64,000 bases of DNA from Octopus sinensis (taxonomy: Eukaryota): contig NC_043008.1 of assembly GCF_006345805.1 (NCBI RefSeq), positions 55,676,001 to 55,740,000 of the forward strand, read 5' to 3'. Of the stretch, positions 52,346 to 64,000 are shown one piece after another. The notes beneath the pieces were generated by a model. That model worked only from the letters and a program-made list of their open reading frames with translations, ran no database searches and was not told where the DNA came from. The first letter of the stretch is position 1. Each line of letters begins with the position of its first letter. A program made the translations under genes and the position numbers.

Positions 52346-52677
52346 TATATATATATATATATACATGTATATATAAAATATAAAATAAATGCACCTTTTT
52401 TAAAGCCTAGCCAGGTTCACGGGCCCGGTTTCCTGGTTTCTATGGTGTATGTGTTCCCCAGCTGGACGGGACGCCCATCCATCGCAGCGTTACTCATTTT
52501 TGCCAGTTGAGTGGACTGGAGCAACGTGAAATGAAGTGTTTTGCTCAAGAACACAATGCGTCGCCGGATCCAAGAATCAAAACCACAATCTTACAATCAT
52601 GGTGCTGACACCCTAACCACTAAGCCACGTGCCTACACATACACATATATATATATATATATAATATCTGTAAATAT

Positions 52678-53008
52678 AATATGTGACAATTATTCGGTAG
52701 CCATGATAAAACTCTGAGTTTCAGATGTCAGGGCGGAAACCCACGCCGGCATCTCTTCAATTATTGGGCCATCGAAAAATATGCTATGAAAATGACTGTT
52801 AAAACAAAGGGAAATTACTGTGTGATTGACCATTATTAAGACAAAAGAGCTATTTGAATGACCGCTAAGTGAGGGAAAGGGAGTAAAGGTAAGGGAGTAA
52901 AAATGTTCATAGTAATTGCATAAGCACACATGTTCATACATACACATGCGCACCTGGACATCCGAAACTCGGAGTTTTATCATGGCTACTGAATAATTGT
53001 CATATATT
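52678..53008. repeat. Element with about 50-bp terminal inverted repeats
   Basis: tgacaattattcggtagccatgataaaactctgagtttcagatgtc vs gacatccgaaactcggagttttatcatggctactgaataattgtca. Confidence 0.85.
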
Positions 53009-53096
53009 ATATTTACAGATAAATTCCTCTATTTACATAATATCGAGGTCTCTTTCATTCTTTTGTTGTCTTGCCATTTCTATCAATATATATATA

Positions 53097-53283
53097 TAAA
53101 ATATAAGGATAAAATCTATATAAGATTTATCAAGTAGCCAGTATGGAAAACCAATAGAGGAAAAAATTAATACAAAGTATATAAATTTTTCCCTAAAAAA
53201 TACTTTGTATTAATTTTTTCCTCAACTGGTTTTCCACACTGGCTACTTGATAAATCTTATATAGATTTTATCCTTATATTTTA
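53097..53283. repeat. Near-perfect hairpin, about 84-bp arms and 19-bp loop
   Basis: 53097-53180 pairs with 53200-53283, with about 3 mismatches. Confidence 0.92.
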
Positions 53284-56240
53284 TTTAAAAATTAAACCGG
53301 AATATATTCAGTGCTGAATTGTTCTGATTATACACATGTGGCTGAGATGAACATGAGAAGCACCCCCCCTCCTTCATGAATGCCCTTCCTATCGCCAACC
53401 ATTCTGAGAGTGTAGTGGGTGCTTTTTACATGCCACTGGCACAAGGTCCAGTCAAGCAGCACGGGCAACCATCACGTTCGAATGGTGCTTTTTACCTGCC
53501 ACTGGCATGGGACCAGTCAGGCGGCACTGGCATCGACCACACTCAAAGTGTGCTTTTTACATGCCAATCAGGCGGTACTGTCATCGGCCACGACAACGAC
53601 ATCACTTGCCTTAACAGGTCTTCGCAAGCACAGTTTATTGCCCAATGACTGAAGGATACTCTTAAATGGCATACATATACATGTAAACACATACACATAT
53701 ATTCTTTTATGTGTGTGTGTGTATATATATACATATATATTTTTATGTGTGTGTGTGTATATATATACATATATAAATATGAAAGTATACACACACATAC
53801 GACATGCTTATAAAAATACTCACATATAAAAATATGTGTGCATGTCAGTATTTTATTCAACTCTATTTAAAACGCAATGAAGCAGATCTTTTAATATGGC
53901 TGCTAAGTGGAAAGTTCAGTCACCCAGGTAAAAATAGAAGACAATAAGAACAAACACATTACATACAAAAACAACAACAGCAGCAGCAATGAAAACGGGC
54001 AAAAAAAACCCAAAAAAATACAGAGAAAAAGAAAAGGGAAAAATAAACTGCATCAACAAAAAACTACATTATATACGATTTTATACAAATCACAAAATAA
54101 ACAGCAAGCATGTGCATGTGTCAGTGTATGTATGAGGGAGATAAGGACAGCGGGAATGAAAGAGAGTGAATGAGAGAATGATAGAACAAGAGAGAGATAT
54201 AGAGAGAGAGATGGAGACAGAGAGGGAGGGAGGGTTTCCATGAGCTGGCAGAATCATTAGAATTCCAGAAAAATACTTTGCAGTGTCTTTTGGTTCTTTG
54301 TGTTCTGAGTTCATATCCTACTGAGGTCAGTTTTGCTTATCCTCTTGCCTGGATTCTTTAAAATAAAGTACAAGTCCAGTCAAGTGCTGGAGTCTATGGT
54401 ATCAACTAACCCCCCAACTTTTCTCAAAATCATTGAGCCTGTGCCGAAATAAAAAAAAAAAGAAAAAGCAAACCATTATTAGAATATTGAATTGACCAAA
54501 TCATTGGAGTCAGATAAAGTGTCTTACACTATTTCTTCTGGTTTTTTACATCATCACCATCGTTTAACATCTGCTTTCCATGTTGGCATGGGTTGGATGG
54601 TTTGACATGGAGCTGTCCAGATTTCAGCTGTCTGTTGTGGCATGGTATCTATGGCCATATGCCTTTCTTAACGCCAACCACTTAACAGAGTGTGTTGGAT
54701 GCTTCTTTATGTGTCACTGGTACAGGTGCATTTACACAGCACCATTACAGGTGCATTTATACAACACCAGCACAAGTGCGTTAATGCAACACCAACACAG
54801 GTGCTTTTTATGTGGTACCAACACCTGTATGTGTGGAAGACAGTGAATTTACTAAGCTTGACCTGAGCTCAAATCCAACTGAAGTCAGATTTACCTTTCA
54901 CTGTCATTCACTTAAGCCCTTCAATCTCTACAAAGTTTAGGCCATCAATGACTTTTTCCACTGTTCTCAACACTTATGTCTTTTCTGCTTCTTTCCAGTT
55001 TCAACTTTGCTTTTTCAGATTTGCCCAAGCATCTCACCTCCATCTATTTTGTTGGGTTTGAATTGACATTAAAGCTTCTGTAACTTTGCTTTTTATTTTT
55101 TCTAGGTAGGAGTGTTGGCCCTCTGCAAACCAATTTTTACCCCTGAGAACAGGGGGTCCATATTAATCTGGCCATTATCCTTTGACCTCTGTAACATGGG
55201 AGGCTGTACCAGGAGCTTATGGAGTTCTGCTGGTATAACCCTCAGGGGTCAATGAGACACAAATCATCACAACAAGGACTGGACTTTGTGATGGTTTATC
55301 CATTCAGAGTCAATTAACGTACCCTTTCAAGAATTGAGGTTAATGATATCAACTAAATACCCTCCCTTCAAAATCGCTAGCTTTATTCCTAAACTAGGAA
55401 GAATTATTGAAACTATCAGCTGTAACCTTCACCCGACACCCCTGTGGCAAATAAGAAACTGCCAATGCCATCACTTCCATCCCTGTCACCACCACTGTTT
55501 TCTTTCCAAAGTAATTTATTAAATTAGTAAGCAAACACAGTGATATCACAAGCATTTGTCAATCTCTGCTGCCGATAACAATAATGTCCAGACAATGGTA
55601 AAATCAATATGCTATTGGTTTTACTTCTTCTCCTCCAACAGTTCTAACTTTTGAAAAGATGCAGTAAGCTGAGAATTATTTTCATACTTGAACAAGTTAG
55701 TCCATTTAGGGGAAAATTGCCAAGTAGATTTGTAATTATAAAAAATTACATAAACAATATTAAAAAGTATAAAGTACTTTTTAATATTGTTTATGTAATT
55801 TTTTTTTTCAAAAATAATACTGATTATCATTTCCAATTTAGGCACAGGGCCAGGAATTTTGAGGAGAGGAATTTAATCGATACCAACAACCTTAGTACTT
55901 GACTGGTACATTATTTTATTGACCCCAGAGCTGATGAAAGGTAAATCTGGCTCAAGGTTATTGAAGACAGTACCCAATGTGGACCGCAGTGAGATTGCAA
56001 CCGAAACCATGTGACAGCTGAGTGAGCTTTTTAACCACACAGCCATGTCTGTGCCTATAGAACTTGTCACTATTTTCAAGTGCATGTTGATTAGGCCATC
56101 TTTAAATATTATTATATCATAGCTCCAAATCTGAATTTTATTCATCTTCACTGAGCAATTTGCAAGAGCTCTTTACAGAAAAAGGCATTTGACAAGTCTG
56201 CAATACATTTATGCCTATTGTGTGTGTGTGTACACATATA

Positions 56241-56721
56241 CCGTAAATCCTCTAGTATAATCCACATTTTTTTTTCTAAAATTTAAAGGTCAAAATCCCT
56301 AGTGCGTACTATATATGAGGTTAAAAATGAAAAATATTTTCTAAGCAATGTCCAAGTCTCTATTTGCTGTCCAGCAATGTTTATGCAGACGCATTTTCTG
56401 ATGTCGGGTGCAAAATTGCCTTAAGGTAAGCCTGAAAGCAATGAAGTCATAAAAGAATCATCCATAACTTGCAGTAAGCAACATTTATTAAACGTTATTA
56501 CTGTTATTTCTTTATTATCTGCAAACAAAATGCATAAAAAAGCTACACGTTTGCATTATGTTATATATACAATAATAATAAAGGACGTGACCGTATACAT
56601 TTTTACAAACCAAAGACGTTATATAGACCTCCTTGACTCAAGTTGGAGAAGGGGTGCATATTATATACAAAGTTTAAGTGCGTATTATACTCAAGGGCGG
56701 ACTATACTCGAGGATTTATGG
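56241..56721. mobile_element. pogo/Tigger-like MITE with TA duplication
   Basis: TA|CCGTAAATCCTCTAGTATAATCC ... GGACTATACTCGAGGATTTATGG|TA. Confidence 0.8.
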
Positions 56722-56969
56722 TATACAGAATTATCATTATCATTTAACACCTGTTTTCCATGCTGGCATAGGATGGACAGTTTGGCAAGATCCAACAAGC
56801 TGCAGGACTGCACTGGCATGATTTCTACAGCTGGATGTCCTTCCTAATGTCAACCACTTTACAGAGTGGACTGGCTACTCTTCTTTGTGTCATTGGATCT
56901 ACTGAGGTCAACATGAAATTTGCAAGATAAAAAAAAGATAAAAGTCAACCCTACACTTAGGTATATGTG

Positions 56970-57012
<43 letters not shown>

Positions 57013-57507
57013 CATGTGTACCAAAGTTTTTAGAATAGATAAACCATATTCCGAAATGGAGTACCATTAACTAAACATGTAGGTGCCAAAAAAGGCATCC
57101 AACTATAAAACACTTACCCAAAATGTCTCCTCCAACCCATGCCAACATGGGAAGCAGAAGTCATACACTTTGCCCACACACGTGTATATGTATGTGTGGG
57201 TATATATATATATATATATATAATATTAAATTAGAGATAAAACCACTATTAGGCAAATCAATCAGTGGAAAACATAAGCCAATACATAAAATTAATTAGA
57301 AAATATAAAAGTTAAAAATAAAAAATTATTTAAATAATTTAAACTTATAAATTTTATATATATATATATACAAATATATATATATATATGTATGTATGTA
57401 TATTTTTATATTTATATATTATTTTAATTATTAATTAATTAATTTATTTATTTATCTTTTTTTATTTATATATCAAAAGTATTAAAAGTTTAATAAAAGA
57501 TAAAGAG

Positions 57508-57540
<33 letters not shown>

Positions 57541-57609
57541 AGTTTTATATATATATATATATATATATAGATAGATAGATAGATAGACAGATATACATAC
57601 ACGTATGTA

Positions 57610-57679
<70 letters not shown>

Positions 57680-58239
57680 ATAGATAGACAGATATACATA
57701 TATCTAACTATATCTATGTACACACACACACATACCCTCACTTTTTCGTAGATCTGCAGCCATGCTAGGACACCACCTAAAAAGGTCATGCAAACCCCTT
57801 TATTCATTTCAGTCTGAAATTTAGCTTATCGACCCCTATTTATAGAATTGTTTATATAACTTCAGATGCATTAGTGATACAAGCAGATGCACCATTCTAT
57901 ATCAGCAAACACAACACCATCCAAATCCACATGCCCACCCACACATATTACAGGCTTGTGTAACTTCCACACATCATGTTCCACTTGTAAAAGATGGTCA
58001 AGTTAAGGCACCTGTACAAGACACCTGCTTAAGGTGCTAAAAAGCTGGATCATACCTGAAGGCCCCGTGGCTGCAAAGCTCACTTCTTGTCCAGACAGCA
58101 ATGCCATCTGCATCTATATATTAATTATTTATTAGTGTTCGTTACATTGACTTCAAATCTCATTGGATCGTTACTTGAAATTATGAGAAATGTGAGAATG
58201 TCAAGCATTGCTCTGTGGGTTAACATCAATGGCAAATAA

Positions 58240-58600
58240 TAATGACAATGATGATGATGATGATGATGGTGGTGGTGATGGAGGTAGTGATAGAGGTGGT
58301 GGTGGTGGTGGTGATGGTGGTGGTAATGGTGATGATGATGGTGGGAATGATGGTGGAGGTGATGATGGTGATGGTGGTAGTGCTGATGATGGTGGTGGTG
58401 GTGGTGATGGAGGTAGTGATAGAGGTGGTGGTGGTGATGATGATGGTGGTAATGGTGATGATGATGGTGATGGGAATGATGGTGGAGATGGTGATGGTGG
58501 GAATGATGGTGGAGGTGGTGATGGTAATGGTGGTAGTGCTGATGATGGCAGTGATGATGATGATGGTGATGGTGCTGATGACTTCAATAAAAATGCTGGC
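58240..58600. repeat. (GAT/GGT) compound microsatellite
   Basis: Direct reading. Confidence 0.95.
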
Positions 58601-60170
58601 AGTAATGCTGTAGTTACTGATGCTGCTTGTGGTGGTAGCAGTGTCTACGTATTCATGTTTAGGGTATACACAATGGTATGAATGAAAAAAAATAGTCAAA
58701 CAACATTAACACACACTCACGCACATACACAGACATGCAACTTTAAAAAAATTTCTCATTTTGGTTACTTTTATTCAATACTGACAGATGATAACAATTA
58801 TATAAATTTTGTTGCTAATAAGTAAGAGTATTACATTGAATGACTCAAGATAATTGAAAATGGTTTTCTTTCTAATTACCAAAAAAAAAACAAAAAAAAC
58901 AAACAAACAAACAAAAAAAACAAGCAAGCAAACAAACAAAAAAATTGTTTAGTTAATTAGAGATAAATATTCTAAGTGGAGGTGATGTGAGGGAAAAATC
59001 ACTCCCCTAATTGGCTGCAATTAAAATTTTAAAAAACCAAAAAATATTAAAAAAAATAAATAAAAAAAAGAATCACCCTTATCTGTTTTTATTCTTTTTC
59101 TCCAGCAAGAATTTTTTTAAAAAAAAACAGAAAAGACACAAAGAAAAAAAATTAAGCAGATGGAAATGTTTATACTGATGGTTTCAATTCTGTAAATATT
59201 TGTTGTTGTTGTTGTTACAGTCATTTGTCCATGGTAACGATAAAATTTAAAGACCTCCTCTAAAGTCCCAAGGAGCTTTCAAGGAGCAAGTAAATAGATG
59301 ATTGCACATTAAGATGAAAAGATAAAGCCTCTCTCACACATTCTCTCCCTCTTTCTCTCCACCCCTTGATAGGATGCCAATCTCTCTAGCTGCTACTTTC
59401 CAACAAGATCAGCCACCTATTCTTGACAGCATTGGCTTTACTGGTAACATATAAGGGGGTAGCATTCCCAGATGATCTCTTACCTATTACTGACAGCACT
59501 GCCAGAAATGGTACTGTGTAGGGCGTAACATTCCCAAAAGGTTCTTAGCAGAATTTGCTAAAGTGGTACCATATAAGGTGCAACATTTTTAGATCATCCA
59601 CTACCTGTTTCATATTATTTGTTTTATGTCTATTTTTTCTTTCATACTTCAAGTTCCACTGCACAGTGCCTTGGGGAAGTGTTTTTTTTTTTCTTTTTAC
59701 TTTAGCCTCAAGTTGCCCAAAGCCTTGTCAGTGGATTTAGAAGTGGAAACTGAAAGAAACCCATCATTTATAAATATGACTGTATGGTAAGAAGCTTGCT
59801 TCCCAACCACATGGTTCCAGGTTCAGTCCCACTGCATGACACCTTGGCCAAGTGTTTTCTGCTATAGGCTCGGGCCAACCAAAGCCTTGTGAGTGAATTT
59901 GGTAGACGGAAACTGAAAGAAGCCCATCATATATGTTTGTGTGTGTGTTTTTGTGTCTGTGTTTGTCCACTCGCCCACCATTGCTTGACAACCGATGTTG
60001 GTGGGTTTACATCCCCATAACTTAATGGTTTGGCAAAAACACCAATAGAATAAGTGCTAGGCTTTAAAATAAACCTGGGGTTGGTTTGTTCAACTAAAAC
60101 CCTTTAGGGCAGTGCTCCAGCATGGGCGCAGTGAATTGATTGAAACAAAAGAATAAAAGATATACATATA

Positions 60171-60205
<35 letters not shown>

Positions 60206-60651
60206 GTGTGTGGACATTAAATAAGGATGATGATGATGACAATAACAACAATGGTAAGTTGAACGGGTTGCAATCAAGCAACCTTTTGCATATACTGATC
60301 ATGCATCAGTAAGACACTAAGATACAATGTGTTTCGCAGGCCTTCTTCAAATGCCTATCCTACCTACTAAGCAAAAAGTCCCATTACTATTGTCTCTGCC
60401 CACCACGCTTCAGAAATTTTGATGTGATCCTTTCAGTTGGTGACCCGTTGATCCTGCAAAATTTGCTGAGATTTTTTTCTTGAGAACACATTCTTCGTGG
60501 TAATGGCAATTTGACATCTATATTTAGCATATAGGGTGTCCACTTTAGTGGTCATTCAATTTTGTATGTAATACAATTTTTCATCTTTGGATTTTTAAAT
60601 ATGCTAAGCCACTGGTTTTAATTGATTAACATCAATTTCTACCCTTATTAT

Positions 60652-60694
<43 letters not shown>

Positions 60695-60698
<4 letters not shown>

Positions 60699-61044
60699 GA
60701 GGTGCTAAAAAGTTCCTGGCTCTGGGTAAAAGAAAATACAGGAGGATTAGTTGCGGCATGTAAAAAGCACTCAGTATACTCTGTTAAGTGGTTGGCATTA
60801 GGAAGGGCATCCAGCTGTAGAAACCATACCTCAACAGACAACTGGAGTCTGGACAACTCTTGCTAGCCAACTCCATCTCAAACCGTCCAACCCATGTCAG
60901 CATGGAGAGTGGGCATTAAATAATTCACACATTTATTGCAATGGTCCTTCAGTTTTAAGAAGCTCTCTAAAAGGACTTGGAAGGTGGGCCTCCAGCCAAG
61001 CCATTCATGATACCGTTAAAGCCAGGAACTTTTCAGCACCCTCA
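60695..61044. mobile_element. mariner-derived MITE with TA duplication, interrupted by a family B SINE (about 60750-60920)
   Basis: TA|tgaggaggtgctaaaaagttcctggct ... agccaggaacttttcagcaccctca|TA. Confidence 0.8.
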
Positions 61045-61059
61045 TAGTTGATATCATCA

Positions 61060-61435
61060 TCATCGTTTAGCGTCCGCTTTCCATGCTAGCATGGGTAGGA
61101 CGGTTCAACTGGGGTCTGGGAAGCCAGAAGGCTGCACCAGGCCCAGTCTGATCTGGCAATGTTTCTACGGCTGGATGCCCTTCCTAACGCCAACTACTCC
61201 GTGAGTTTAGTGGGTGCTTTTTACGTTCCACCGGCACAGGTGCCAGACGAGGCTGGCAAACGGCCACGATCAAGATGGAGCTTTTTACGTGCCACCGGCA
61301 CGGAGGCCAGGTGAGGCTGGCAACGGCCACGATCGGATGGTGCTTTTTACGTGCCACCGGCGAGGAGGCCACTCGGGGCGGCGCTGGCAACGGCCATGTT
61401 TGGATGTTTCTCTTACGTGCCACCGGCACTGGTAT
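61060..61435 (-). mobile_element. Family B SINE-like element with four internal units of about 63 bp
   Basis: gctttttacgt-type unit starts at about 61216, 61280, 61342 and 61406. Confidence 0.85.
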
Positions 61436-64000
61436 CACAGCGACAATTTCCATATATTTGTAGAAAACTCAGTTACAATGTATAAATATCAAAAGTTGTA
61501 TCCATTTCTTTGCAGAACTTATTTTCTATCTACAGACCTTATGTGTTATGGGCCCAGCAGGCATCCACCGACCACTCTGGTCAACGAGTGATTAAAGCAA
61601 ATATATAATGTATAATTTCTTTTATTGTCTGTTCTGGGTAACATTACTTCTATTATATTATCCACCATGTGTCATTATTTATTTATCTCTATGTATTGGA
61701 CTGTGTCAAATGTACGAAACACACTAACCACACACTACATGCCACAGCACTCGGATATTAATTTACTTACTCAAAGGTGACATTTCATTCCGTTGGTACT
61801 CTGAGAATCACATTTGACAAACCACATGCGTAGATCTATGTGTTGCAGATCTTCCTGAGTGTCTCTTCGTTTGCCATTTTACAGATCAACCAGAAGCAAA
61901 TCAATTCTATAATTGATCTTCCAGCACAGCATAGCAAGCGAGCTTGCTAGTATTGACGCTTTTCACTAGACAATTCATAGATGCTTTTACACTCCACTCA
62001 AGTCAGTTATTCATGTCACAAACATACGTCAACACAATTCTCTACCGCATACATCTGCTGATAATTTTCATGCCCATACATTTTCTCCATTCACTTGCAT
62101 TGTCTGTCACGCAGATAATAATAATAAGAATAATCCTTCCTAATTTTGGCACAAGGCCAGTGACTTTGAGATGCTTTGTACATGTACTGTTAATCTTTCC
62201 AGTACCAGGTTTCAGCTCCATGGAGAACAATGTTCTCAACACATGCTTTGAAGAAGGCGAACCTTGTTGATTTTGAAACACTTATTCATAGATCATGAGT
62301 TCAAATAAGCTGTAGTTATTTAACCCTTTAGAATTCAAACTGGCTATATCTGGTCCAAATATTCTACCTGTTTTTGTGTTCAAACTTACAAGGTCAGGCT
62401 TCTCACACCTACCCTTCAATGTCATTCTAAAAATAATCCCATCATCAAAAACTCAAAGCTTAACTGCAATGATCCCAACCCCATCAAGCAAGAGCATAGA
62501 GAAAAATAGAGAGAGATCTGATAGAGTAGTTAGTGCGATGGACAAAATGCTCTTTATGTTCTGAGTTCAAATCTTGCCTAGAACAACTTTACCTCTCTTC
62601 CTTTCAGGGTTTTTATAAAATAATTACCAGTCAAAACAATGTGAAGGAATAAGCAATATATATGACAGAATAATCTGAACGCTAAAGGGTCACATATTTA
62701 AGGGTTACTAAATCCTACATTCTGCCTCAGTCCAAGTCTCTCTCTGTCAGGAATAAGTACCAGAAATCTGAGAATGCTGCAATAAATTTCATCATTCCTT
62801 TTTTCCAACTTTTACACCAAAAGAACAACCAGAGCTAAACAACAGCTCTTGACTGTCCTTCAGGGATTAGAGGAAATTATATATTACATAAGAATACTAA
62901 AATCTCTGTAAGCTCACAGAAAGGAAAGCTAAATGAACAGGCAAAGTTGGAACCACATGCCAATATCAACATATTTTGTAAGAACGTTACAAAGGTGAGG
63001 TTAAAACTACGACAAAAACATCTTGTTCAGTCAATAATTTGTCTAACTATTTATCTGTGGCTAAATTTGGCACCATCTTAAGACTAATCTAAACAAGCTT
63101 TGTTGCCAAGGCAGTTTCATATTATAATAAGTTTCTGAGTTTACAGGATGTAGACTTACTTGTGTGGCTAAGAATAAGCTCTGTCGTCCAAAGTGAAGAG
63201 TGAGTTAGTGAGCGAGAGGGGTGTGTATGAGCATGAGTATATGTGTGGGTGTATATATAATATACACACACACGTTTAGATACATACATATATATAGACG
63301 CATAGATGCAGTATACATAGCTAAGTGGACAAATGTAAGATATTTACATACATACAAACATATATATATATATATACACACACAAACATACATACATAGA
63401 AACACACACCTACAAGCATGCATACACACATATACACACTCACACAAAGAGATACACATACACCAACAGCATTTATTCATACATAGATACAAACACACAT
63501 GCATGCATGATACAAACATACACACAAACACCTATATACAAACACACATACATACAAACATATGCATACACACACATATGTATACAAACATATATACATA
63601 CACACACGCAAACGTTACAAACATAGACACACATGCACTTATACATACATACATATATTTACATATATTACACACACACACACACATTGCAATTAGGTGG
63701 AAAGTGTCCATATGAAGATGTGTGCTCATAATATTGAAACACTGAAGCTGAGAAAATATTTTAAAAAGAAATCAGAATTAAGCCAAAGCTATTTTCGCTC
63801 AAAGCATTGCAATCAATAATTGACCGAGATATGTGCATCTACATCATCATCATCATCAACACCATCATCACCACCATCACCATCATCATCACCATTATCT
63901 TGAAACATATTCACTACTAAATGTAATTGCTGTGATGTCATATAAGTTTTGGAGAAAGGTCATGGGTGAGTGGCTTCGAGTTGCCATTTCCTTTGGGTCT

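Noticed and set aside
61216-61430. Regularly spaced repeats resembling a CRISPR array
   Set aside because: The spacers are homologous to each other, the units are internal to a SINE, the context is eukaryotic and no cas genes are present.
61536-61615. Plus-strand acceptor followed by a short GC-richer open frame
   Set aside because: All frames stop within about 25 codons, with no recognisable product or partner exon.
43894-64000. Search for DCTN3 exons 1-3 (e.g. donors at about 50750 and 63152, frame at about 55625)
   Set aside because: None gave a peptide resembling DCTN3 residues 1-89 in the right phase. The exons are probably outside the window, though I may have missed them.

Overview
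Eukaryotic, AT-rich, repeat-saturated genomic DNA. The SINE/MITE families and dense microsatellites resemble octopus genome repeats (inference from recalled repeat sequences, not a search). The one confidently identified host gene is dynactin subunit 3 (DCTN3/p22-p24) on the minus strand. Four GT-AG exons (84, 59, 60 and 90 nt at 43.8, 24.3, 23.3 and 21.0 kb) splice in frame to a 97-aa C-terminal peptide that aligns without gaps to human DCTN3 residues ~90-186 as I recall them. I did not find the upstream exons; they probably lie beyond 64 kb. Two possible plus-strand terminal exons of an unidentified gene lie at 11.4-12.0 kb. The rest is mostly tRNA-headed SINEs, LINE remnants (R4/Dong, CR1, RTE, L2-like), Tc1/mariner, pogo, piggyBac-like and Helentron-like non-autonomous elements, Penelope-type remnants, long fold-backs and simple repeats. 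Nearly all ORFs in the supplied track are microsatellite or SINE artefacts. Best leads: an in-frame 18-nt candidate microexon in DCTN3 intron 4, dispersed minimal hammerhead-ribozyme-like motifs with covarying stems, a fold-back filling most of DCTN3 intron 5, and a GTGACAG motif cluster in intron 6. No CRISPR array, rRNA or intact tRNA gene was seen. All alignments and identities were judged by eye.
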